From positions 28,036-92,035 of the forward strand of contig JBIOVX010000147.1 of the NCBI GenBank assembly GCA_044868005.1: a DNA stretch of 64,000 nt, written 5' to 3'. Below the pieces are notes generated by a model. The model made no database searches, had not been told where the DNA came from, and was given only the letters and a program-made list of their open reading frames with translations. Made by a program: the position numbers and the translations under genes. Source of the DNA: Thermoanaerobaculia bacterium. GTDB taxonomy: Bacteria > Acidobacteriota > Thermoanaerobaculia > Multivoradales > UBA5704. The first letter of the stretch is position 1. Every line of letters begins with the position of its first letter. This document shows, in pieces, positions 22,741 to 30,703 of this stretch.

Positions 22741-23436
22741 CTATTGCGTGAACAGGATGCGGCTGGCCTCGACCTCTTTCTGCGTGAACACATTGACGAT
22801 GCGGTCCTCGAGCGACAGCAGGTTCTCGAACATGCCCGCCAGAGGATCCGTGGTCTCGCCTTCGAAGCTCTGGAAGTCCTTGAAGTTGTCCTGATACAGC
22901 AGCTCACCCGTGTGCGCGTCGTAGACCTGCAGCAGGATGTCGTACTGGAAGCCGGTCTGCTCGACGAGCACCTGGCGGAGATAGGTGCGGCCGTTGTAGG
23001 GAGAGACGTATTCCTCGGTGCGGTAGCCGCTGCGGTCCTGGATGTCGAAGTCGAGCCCGCCGGAGAGGATCAGATCGGCGCCCGTCCGCTCGCCCAGGGC
23101 GCGCCAGAAATCGGTCTGCCTGGCGAGCTGCTCGAGGTCGTAGATGGGATAGTCGACGGGCCCGGGCTCGATCACCTTGAGCTCGGTCTCCCGGCGGAGC
23201 ACCTTGAGCAGATAGCGTTCGAACTCCTTCTGCACGTCGATGTCGCGCCCCTTGATCTTCTCCGCTCCCTCCTGGCTCACCACCAGGAAGGGGGCCACGG
23301 CCACCGACTTGCGCCCCTGCAGGTCGAGCTTCGCCCGCTGGGGGAGCGTCAGCTTGACCTCCACCGAGCTGGCGAAGGCGGGGAGGGCGGCGAGGGCGAG
23401 GAGGAGCGTCAGGACGAGCGAGCGGTTGCGGTTCAT
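22741..23436 (-). CDS. secreted protein of unknown function
   Basis: Signal peptide LLLALAALPAFASS. AAGGAAGGA SD. 18 nt upstream of the fusion-protein gene. Confidence 0.75.
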   Translation of the reverse strand: MNRNRSLVLTLLLALAALPAFASSVEVKLTLPQRAKLDLQGRKSVAVAPFLVVSQEGAEKIKGRDIDVQKEFERYLLKVLRRETELKVIEPGPVDYPIYDLEQLARQTDFWRALGERTGADLILSGGLDFDIQDRSGYRTEEYVSPYNGRTYLRQVLVEQTGFQYDILLQVYDAHTGELLYQDNFKDFQSFEGETTDPLAGMFENLLSLEDRIVNVFTQKEVEASRILFTQ

Positions 23437-23475
23437 GTCGATTCCTTCCTTGGATCGGCCCGTCCGGTGCGCGGC

Positions 23476-23985
23476 TCAGCGGGGCGGGCGGTTGTCCGCC
23501 GGCGGGGGCGGCACGTCCTCGGGCGTGGACGGTCCCGGCGGCTTCGTCGGCTGGTCCCCCGGCTCGATGGTGATCCCGGGCCCAGGCTTGGGTAACGGAG
23601 GCTGCGGTTTCGCCGGTTCGCCCGTCTTGGTCGTCTTGTCGCCCTTGAAGCCCTGGTAGAACTCGACGAAGCGGGAGTAGTTGGTGCGGATGTCCTTGTC
23701 GTTGGGCGCCAGCGCGAGAGCCTTCTTGTAATAGTCCAGCGCCTTGTCGAACTGGCCGGCGGCTTCATGGGCGACGCCCAGATTGCTCTGGATGCGGGCG
23801 TTCTGGGGCTCGAGCTTCTCCGCCTCGTGGAAGCGGAAGAGCGCCTCGTCCCAGAGGCCGCGGCGCGCCATGTCGACGCCGAACGCGAGCTGCGCGTTGG
23901 ACTGGTTCGGCCGGCCGTAGCCGGAGCAGGCGGAGAGCACGAGAAGAACGACAAACAGCGGGATGGACGCGGCACGCGAACGCAT
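23476..23985 (-). CDS. TPR lipoprotein with Pro-rich C-terminal tail
   Basis: Internal ATG 23985 gives MRSRAASIPLFVVLLVLSAC (lipobox LSAC). TPR units (…ALFRFHEAEKLEPQNARIQSNLGVAHEAAGQFDKALDYYKKALALAPND…). Confidence 0.8.
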   Translation of the reverse strand: MRSRAASIPLFVVLLVLSACSGYGRPNQSNAQLAFGVDMARRGLWDEALFRFHEAEKLEPQNARIQSNLGVAHEAAGQFDKALDYYKKALALAPNDKDIRTNYSRFVEFYQGFKGDKTTKTGEPAKPQPPLPKPGPGITIEPGDQPTKPPGPSTPEDVPPPPADNRPPR

Positions 23986-24124
23986 CGAGTGGGACCTCAG
24001 TAGGAACCCCGGTGCGCGAGGAACCGGGTGGATGGATGGGATGGACGCATCGCCCGTGATTTCCGAGGGGCCTAGTATACACAACGCATGCCGGCCCTCC
24101 GGGAAGGAAAACCCTAACCCTCGA

Positions 24125-24168
24125 CCCCCTCTCCCGCCCCTCCCATCCCACCTCACCGGGAGAGGGGG
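24125..24168. repeat. inverted repeat CCCCCTCTCCCG / CGGGAGAGGGGG (12 bp, 20-nt spacer)
   Basis: In the divergent intergenic region between the TPR lipoprotein gene and dprA. Same CCCCCTCTCC…GGAGAGGGGG arms as the hairpin at 63968-63996. Confidence 0.6.
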
Positions 24169-24252
24169 AGAAGGACTCCGCCGAAAAAAGGTGAGCGATA
24201 AGCGCGGCTTTTTCCGTCTTTATAGGGCGGACCTTACTGGAGGCCGACGCCC

Positions 24253-25356
24253 ATGCCCCAAGCTTCCCGCCGCGAGCTGCTCATCGCCCTGAACGCCGCC
24301 CCGGAGATTTCGCGTCCCGCCGCCTACCGCATGGCCCAGGAGCTGGACCACTGGTGCGCTGCCGGCGCGCCGCCCGAGCGCCTGGCCGCCGAGATCGGCG
24401 TGCCGCGGGCGCAGATGCGCAAAGCCCTGGCGGCGCTGGAGACGGCTGCGGCGGCCGCCAGCCGGGAGACCGCCGATGCCGAGCGGCTCGGAGGGCGGAT
24501 CGTGACGCTGGAGGACTCCTCCTATCCGCCCAGCCTGCGCCACCTCTCACCGCCGCCGCCGGTGCTCTACCTGCGTGGCGAGATCCCGCCCGGTCCCGCC
24601 GTGGCCATCGTCGGCTCCCGCCGGCCGGATGCCTACGGTCAGGAGGCGGCCGAGCTCTTCGCCCGCACGCTCGCCGCCGCCGGCGTCACCGTCGTCTCCG
24701 GCTTCGCGCGCGGCATTGACGCGGCAGCCCACCGTGGCGCCCTCGCGGTGGCGGCTGGCCGGACGCTGGCCGTGCTCGGCTGCGGTCTGGGAGTGGACTA
24801 TCCCCGCGGCCACGGCCGCCTGGCCGGAGAGATCGCCGGCCGCGGCGCCCTGGTTTCTGAGTTCCCCTGCGCCGCCATTCCCCGCGCCTGGCACTTCCCG
24901 CTGCGCAACCGCTCGATCGCGGCGCTCACCGCGGGCACGCTCGTCGTGCAGGCGGCGGTGCGCTCGGGCTCGTTGATCACCGCCCGCCACGCGCTCGACC
25001 TGGGGCGGGACGTCTGGGCGGTGCCGGGACGGATCTTCGACGAGAGCTCGCTGGGCGCCAACGGCCTCATCCGCGAGGGAGCCCAGCTCGCCCAGCATCC
25101 CGCCGACATCCTCGAGGTGCTGCTTCCCCGCGCCGGCGTGCCGCTGCCGCCGGCCGCGGAGCCCGCACCCGGCTTGGAACCGCCTTCCGGCCTGGCCGGC
25201 CAGGTGCTCGCGGACATTCCGCCGGGCTCGACCCGCGTCGCGGAGGAGATCGCCGTCCGGCTCGACGTATCGGTGGACCGCGTTCTCGCCGCGCTGCTCG
25301 AGCTGGAGCTCGCGGGTTGGGTCAAACGACTTCCGGGGTCAGTCTACGGGCGGTGA
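24253..25356 (+). CDS. dprA: DNA-processing protein DprA
   Basis: …VAIVGSRRPDAYG…VVSGFARGIDAAAHRGAL… Rossmann-like DprA core. C-terminal winged-helix-like tail. Confidence 0.9.
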   Translation: MPQASRRELLIALNAAPEISRPAAYRMAQELDHWCAAGAPPERLAAEIGVPRAQMRKALAALETAAAAASRETADAERLGGRIVTLEDSSYPPSLRHLSPPPPVLYLRGEIPPGPAVAIVGSRRPDAYGQEAAELFARTLAAAGVTVVSGFARGIDAAAHRGALAVAAGRTLAVLGCGLGVDYPRGHGRLAGEIAGRGALVSEFPCAAIPRAWHFPLRNRSIAALTAGTLVVQAAVRSGSLITARHALDLGRDVWAVPGRIFDESSLGANGLIREGAQLAQHPADILEVLLPRAGVPLPPAAEPAPGLEPPSGLAGQVLADIPPGSTRVAEEIAVRLDVSVDRVLAALLELELAGWVKRLPGSVYGR

Positions 25357-25360
25357 TGAG

Positions 25361-26257
25361 ATGGCTCCCCACGATCCGTTGTTCAAGAGACTTCTCCAGG
25401 CATTCTTCAGGGACTTCCTCGAGCTCGTGGCGCCAAGGATCGCCACCCAACTGGATCTTTCTTCGCCTGTTTTTCTGGACAAGGAGTTTCCGTCGCCCGG
25501 CCCGCCAGAGGTGAGCCGGGTCGTGGATCTGCTCGCCAGGCTCCCCTTGAAAGAGGATGGGAGCAAGTCCTTGTTGGTCCACGTCGAAGTGGAAGCGCGC
25601 GCAAGGAAGGGATTCGGCGAGCGCATTCGGAGCTACTACCGCTGGATCCAGACGCGGCACACAGGACAGATTCTCTCGATCGCTCTGTTTCTTCACGGAG
25701 GGGAGGCTGGTATCCGCGAAGGAAGGATCGGCGGCGACTTGACCGGGCCTGGACTGACGGAGTTCCGTTACCTCTCCTTTGGATTGTCGAGGTGTAGAGC
25801 GGCCGAGTACCTGGCGAAGCCCCAACCTCTCGCGTGGGCCCTTGCTGCGTTGATGGACCGCAGACCGTGGAGCCGTGCTCAGTTGAAGATGAACATCCTC
25901 GCTCGAATCGCAGAAGCATCTCTGAGCGCGGACGACGGTCGCGTGCTGGTCAACTGTGTCGAAACTTATCTAGAATTGTCTGCTGGAGAAGCCGAGGAGT
26001 TTCGGCTCCTCGCCATTCCGGAGACCCGGAGGGTTGATGCCATGTTGTACGGAATGACCTGGGAAGACAAGATGATCCTCAAAGGCAAAAGCCTTGGAGT
26101 CCAGCAAGCGCTCTTGGGACTGCTGGAGGATCGTTTCGGCCCCGTTCCTGACGAGATGAGGGCTCGAATCGAGGAGATCCGTTCTGTGGATCGCCTGACC
26201 CGTCTGGTCCAGAGAGCGGCGAAAGCCAAGTCCCTCAAATCCCTGCGGCTCGGCTAA
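25361..26257 (+). mobile_element. Rpn/YhgA-like recombination-promoting nuclease (PD-(D/E)xK 'putative transposase') with DUF4351-like C-terminus
   Basis: N-terminus HDPLFKRLLQAFFRDFLELVAP and C-terminal …LLGLLEDRFGPVPDEMRARIEEI… are typical of the family. Lower GC by eye. Starts 4 nt after the dprA stop. Confidence 0.7.
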
Positions 26258-26408
26258 CCGGCGGCCCCATCTCCCCGTCCTTCTCCGAAAGGCCGCCTCA
26301 CCCGCCCGCCTTGCAGCCGCCCCGCGCCCGGTGCTACTGTCCCCGGCTCATCCCGGGCAGGACACCCAAGAAATAAGTCGGCGCCTCCCGGCGTTTCATT
26401 GACGCGCT

Positions 26409-28706
26409 ATGGCCAAGAACCTGCTGATCGTCGAAAGCCCCGCCAAGACCCGGACCTTGAAGAAGTTCCTCGGCCGGCAGTACGCCGTCGAGGCTTCGGT
26501 GGGGCATATCCGCGACCTGGTCAAGAAGGACATGGGGATCGGGCCGGACTACGAGCCGCGCTACGAGGTGCTCGCCGCCAAGAAGGACGTGGTGAAGAGG
26601 CTGCGCGACGCGGCGAAGGAAGCCGAGACCGTCTATCTCGCCCCCGATCCGGATCGCGAGGGGGAGGCCATCGCCTGGCACATCGCCGAGGTCCTCAGCA
26701 AGGACGCCAAGGACGTGCGGCGGGTGACCTTCAACGAGATCACCAAGGGCGCGGTGCTCAAGGCCCTCGAGCATCCGGGCGTCATCGATCTCAAGAAGGT
26801 GGACGCCCAGCAGGCCCGCCGCGTGCTCGACCGTATGATGGGCTTCCGCCTCTCGCCGCTCCTCTGGGAGAAGGTCAAGCAGGGCCTCTCCGCCGGCCGC
26901 GTGCAGTCCGTGGCCCTGAAGATGGTCTGCGACCGCCAGGCCGAGATCGAGGCCTTCCGTCCTGAGGAATACTGGAACCTCGGCGCCGATCTCAAGGCCT
27001 CCCAGCCGCCGATCTTCAACGCCCGCCTGCACCGCATCGAGGGCCGCAAGGCCGAGGTCGAAAACGGCGAGCAGGCGGCACGCATCGTCGGCGACCTGGA
27101 GAAGGGCCGCTTCACCGTCGCCAAGGTGGAGCGCAAGGAGTCGCGGCAGCGCCCGTCGCCGCCCTTTATCACCAGCCGCCTGCAGCAGGAGGCGGCGCGC
27201 CGGTACGGCTTCTCCGTGAAACGCACCATGGCCCTCGCCCAGGGTCTCTACGAAGGGCGCGAGGTCGGCGACCGCGGCTCGACCGGTCTCATCACCTACA
27301 TGCGCACCGACTCGACCCGCGTCGCCGAGGAGGCGCTCACGGGCGGCCGCGAGCACATCGCCGCCGCCTACGGTCCGGACTCGCTCCCCGAAAAGCCGAA
27401 CGTCTACCAGTCCAAGGCGGGTGCGCAGGACGCCCACGAGGCCATCCGGCCGACCAGCTTCGACCTGCCTCCGGACGCGGTCCGGGACTTCCTCAAAGAG
27501 GACGAGTGGAAGCTCTACAAGCTGATCTGGGACCGCTTCATCGCCTCTCAGATGCTGCCCGCCGTCTTCGACGTCACGCAGGTGGACGTCGAGAACGGCC
27601 CGTACGTGCTGCGCGCCTCCGGCAAGGTGCTCAAGCGGCCCGGGTTCCTGGCCGTTTACCGCGAGACCCCGGACGAGGACGCGGGCGAAGAGGCCAACGG
27701 CGAAGGCGCCATGCTGCCGCCGCTCGCCGAGGGCGAGACGCTCGATCTGGTGAAGCTCCTCTCCGAGCAGAAATTCACCCAGCCGCCGCCGCAGTACAGC
27801 GAGGCCACTCTGGTGAAGGTGCTGGAGGAGAACGGCATCGGCCGCCCCTCGACTTACGCCACCATCCTCTCCGTGCTCACCGACCGCGACTACGTCGATC
27901 GCGTGGCCGGGCGCTTCCGTCCCACCCCCCTCGGCCGGCTGGTCAACGACATGCTCCAGAAGGGGTTCAACGACATCCTCAACGAGGGTTACACCGCGGC
28001 GCTGGAGGAGCAACTCGACGAGATCGAAGGCGGCCGGCTCGAATGGAAGCAGGCGGTGGCCGATTTCGATCAGAAGTTCAGCCGCGACCTGGAGACGGCG
28101 GGCGAGCAGATGCCCAACGTCAAGCGCGAAGGCGTGCCCCTCGACGAGACCTGCCCCGAGTGCGGCTCGCGCCTGCTGATGCGCTTCGGCCGCTTCGGTC
28201 CGTTCATCGCCTGCAGCAACTATCCGGAGTGCAAGTACACCCGCAACGTCGAGGAGCCGGCGGCGGCCGAGACGCCCGCGGCGTCCGCCAACGGCGGCGC
28301 CGAAGAGGAGATTCCGCCCTGCGAGGTCTGCGGCCGGCCGATGGCGCTCAAGCGCAGCCGCTTCGGGACCTTCTACGGCTGCACCGGATATCCGGAGTGC
28401 AAGAACATCCGCAAGACCGGACCCGAAGCCGCGCCGCCGAAGCCCACGGGCGTGCCCTGCCCGGAGTGCGGCAAGGGCGAGATCGTGGAGAAGCGCTCGC
28501 GTCGCGGCAAGACCTTCTGGTCGTGCAACCGCTATCCGGACTGCAAGTTCTCGCTGTGGAAGAAGCCGGTGCCGCGCGAGTGCCCGGTGTGCGGCGCCAA
28601 CTTCCTGCTCGAGAAGGTCACCAAGAAGCACGGCGTCCAGTACGTCTGCAACACCGAAGGCTGCGAGCACGTGGAAGACGCGGCCGAGGTGGAAGTGCCG
28701 GCCTGA
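26409..28706 (+). CDS. topA: DNA topoisomerase I
   Basis: Toprim N-terminus (LLIVESPAKTRTLKKFLG). Four C-terminal C4 zinc ribbons (CPECGSRL, CEVCGRPM, CPECGKGE, CPVCGAN). Confidence 0.95.
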   Translation: MAKNLLIVESPAKTRTLKKFLGRQYAVEASVGHIRDLVKKDMGIGPDYEPRYEVLAAKKDVVKRLRDAAKEAETVYLAPDPDREGEAIAWHIAEVLSKDAKDVRRVTFNEITKGAVLKALEHPGVIDLKKVDAQQARRVLDRMMGFRLSPLLWEKVKQGLSAGRVQSVALKMVCDRQAEIEAFRPEEYWNLGADLKASQPPIFNARLHRIEGRKAEVENGEQAARIVGDLEKGRFTVAKVERKESRQRPSPPFITSRLQQEAARRYGFSVKRTMALAQGLYEGREVGDRGSTGLITYMRTDSTRVAEEALTGGREHIAAAYGPDSLPEKPNVYQSKAGAQDAHEAIRPTSFDLPPDAVRDFLKEDEWKLYKLIWDRFIASQMLPAVFDVTQVDVENGPYVLRASGKVLKRPGFLAVYRETPDEDAGEEANGEGAMLPPLAEGETLDLVKLLSEQKFTQPPPQYSEATLVKVLEENGIGRPSTYATILSVLTDRDYVDRVAGRFRPTPLGRLVNDMLQKGFNDILNEGYTAALEEQLDEIEGGRLEWKQAVADFDQKFSRDLETAGEQMPNVKREGVPLDETCPECGSRLLMRFGRFGPFIACSNYPECKYTRNVEEPAAAETPAASANGGAEEEIPPCEVCGRPMALKRSRFGTFYGCTGYPECKNIRKTGPEAAPPKPTGVPCPECGKGEIVEKRSRRGKTFWSCNRYPDCKFSLWKKPVPRECPVCGANFLLEKVTKKHGVQYVCNTEGCEHVEDAAEVEVPA

Positions 28707-28746
28707 CCTGCCGGCCTGACCGAAGCCGGAGACAACGGTAAGAAGC

Positions 28747-28828
28747 GGTCGTAGCGGCGGGCCTATGTGCCCGCCGTTTTCGTCCGTGCAACAACAGACG
28801 GCGGCCACGTAGGGCCGCCGCTACGACC
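28747..28828. repeat. BIME-like pair of inverted REP-type hairpins
   Basis: Hairpin A CGGCGGGC-ctatgt-GCCCGCCG (28755-28776). Hairpin B CGGCGGCC-acgtag-GGCCGCCG (28799-28820). Alternative 14-bp outer stem GGTCGTAGCGGCGG/CCGCCGCTACGACC. Confidence 0.65.
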
Positions 28829-28852
28829 CTTCGGCGTCTCGTTGTATCCCCT

Positions 28853-30127
28853 ATGAAAGAATCCCCCGCCATGCCCGACCTCCTGATCCACAACCTCGCC
28901 GAGGTGGCCACCCCGGAGGGTTCCGAACCGCAGCGCGGGCCGGACCAGCGCCGGGTGCGCCGGATACGCGGCGCCGAGGTGGTCTGCCGCGAGGGCCGCA
29001 TCGCCTTCGTCGGACCGCCGGAGGAGCGGCGGCGCCTCTTCGGCGAGATGGACGGAGCGGAGCGCCTGGACGGCGGAGGCGGCACGCTGATCCCCGGGTT
29101 CGTCGATCCGCATACCCACCTCCCCTGGGCCGGCAGCCGCGAGGAGGAGTTCGCGGCGCGACTGGCGGGCAAGACCTATCAGGAGATCGCGGCGGCCGGC
29201 GGCGGCATCCTCTCCACCGTGGCCGCCACGCGCCGGGCGAGCGAGGAGGAGCTCGCCGCGGGCGTCCTGCGGCGGCTCGACCGCATGCTCGCCTGGGGCA
29301 CGACGACCGCCGAGGCGAAGAGCGGCTACGGCCTCTCCCGCGGCGACGAGCTGAAGCAGCTCCGCGCCGTGCGCCGGGCCGCCGAGAGCCATCCGGTGGA
29401 TCTCGCCGCCACCCTGCTCGCCGCACACGAGGTCCCTCCCGAGCACCGGCAGGACCGGCGGCGCTATCTCGATCTCATCTGCGACGAGATCGTGCCGGCC
29501 ACCGCCGAGGCCGGCCTTGCCCGCTTCTGCGACGTCTTCTGCGAGGAGGGAGTGTTCACCGCCGAGGAGTCCCGCCGCGTGCTCGTCGCCGGCGTTCGCC
29601 ACGGGCTGCTCCCACGGCTGCACGCGGACGAGTTCGTCGACTCCGGCGGCGCCGCGCTGGCGGCGGAGCTGGGTGCGCTCTCGGCGGACCACCTGATCGC
29701 CGTCTCGCCGGCCGGCATCGAAGCCCTGGCGCGCTCCGGAGTGACCGCGGTGCTGCTGCCCGGCACGAGCTTCTTCCTCATGAAGCACCGCTACGCTCCC
29801 GCCCGCCAGCTCGTGGAGGCCGGCGTGCCTGTGGCACTCGCGACGGACTGCAATCCGGGCTCCTCCCATACCGAGTCGATGCCGATGGTGGTGGTGCTGG
29901 CCGTCTTCGAGCTCGGCCTCACCATCGAGGAGAGCCTCACCGCCTCCACCCTCAACGCCGCCTGCTGCCTCGGTCTCGGCGGGGAGATCGGCTCGATCGA
30001 GACGGCCAAGCGCGCGGACCTCGTCCTGCTCGACGCGCCCAACCTCCTCCACCTGGTCTACCACTACGGCATCAATCCCGTCGCCGCGGTGGTCAAAGGG
30101 GGACGGGTGGTCCGGCGGGCCGGTTGA
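28853..30127 (+). CDS. hutI: imidazolonepropionase
   Basis: …GFVDPHTHLPWAGSR…AAGGGILSTV… amidohydrolase motifs. Alternative start at ATG 28871 (MPDLLIHN…). Confidence 0.9.
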   Translation: MKESPAMPDLLIHNLAEVATPEGSEPQRGPDQRRVRRIRGAEVVCREGRIAFVGPPEERRRLFGEMDGAERLDGGGGTLIPGFVDPHTHLPWAGSREEEFAARLAGKTYQEIAAAGGGILSTVAATRRASEEELAAGVLRRLDRMLAWGTTTAEAKSGYGLSRGDELKQLRAVRRAAESHPVDLAATLLAAHEVPPEHRQDRRRYLDLICDEIVPATAEAGLARFCDVFCEEGVFTAEESRRVLVAGVRHGLLPRLHADEFVDSGGAALAAELGALSADHLIAVSPAGIEALARSGVTAVLLPGTSFFLMKHRYAPARQLVEAGVPVALATDCNPGSSHTESMPMVVVLAVFELGLTIEESLTASTLNAACCLGLGGEIGSIETAKRADLVLLDAPNLLHLVYHYGINPVAAVVKGGRVVRRAG

Positions 30128-30183
30128 CGTAGAATCGAGCCTTCGCGGCGACCCCAAGCAGTCGATTCCTCAGGAGATCGACG

Positions 30184-30633
30184 ATGAACCCCAAGATCCT
30201 CGCCCGTTTTCTCCTCACGGTCCTGCTGCTGGGCGTGGCGATGGCTTCCGCCTTCGCCGGCCAGGAGCAAGGCCGGCCTGAAACCGGCGGCAAGGAGATC
30301 GTCACTCCCTCCGGCGTGAAGTATGTAGATCTCAAGATGGGTGAGGGAGGCGAGGCCGCGAACGGCAAGATCGTCGAGGTCCACTACGTCGGCTGGCTGG
30401 AGAACGGCACCAAGTTCGACTCCAGCCGCGACCGCGAACGGCCTTTCACCTTCCGCCTCGGCACCGGCGACGCTCTCAAGGGATGGGACGAAGGGCTCCT
30501 CGGCATGAAAGTGGGCGGCAAGCGCAAGCTCGTCATCCCGCCCGAGCTCGGATTCGGCAAGCAGGGCGTCGGCAGCGTGGTGCCGCCGAACGCCGTGCTG
30601 CTCTATGAGTTCGAGTTGTTGGCGGTGCGGTAA
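30184..30633 (+). CDS. secreted FKBP-type peptidyl-prolyl cis-trans isomerase
   Basis: Signal peptide, then VEVHYVGWLENGTKFDSSRDR…FRLGTGDALKGWDEGLLGMKVGGKRKLVIPPELGFG. Confidence 0.9.
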   Translation: MNPKILARFLLTVLLLGVAMASAFAGQEQGRPETGGKEIVTPSGVKYVDLKMGEGGEAANGKIVEVHYVGWLENGTKFDSSRDRERPFTFRLGTGDALKGWDEGLLGMKVGGKRKLVIPPELGFGKQGVGSVVPPNAVLLYEFELLAVR

Positions 30634-30644
30634 AGGATTCGTCC

Positions 30645-30686
30645 TGGGTCTTGGGTCTTGAGGAGAAATTCAAGACCCAGGACCCA
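30645..30686. terminator. 17-bp hairpin built from heptamer units, between convergent genes
   Basis: TGGGTCTTGGGTCTTGA-ggagaaat-TCAAGACCCAGGACCCA (one G:U). Arms are GGGTCTT/AAGACCC heptamers. Confidence 0.7.
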
Positions 30687-30703
30687 AGACTCAAGACGTG
30701 CTT

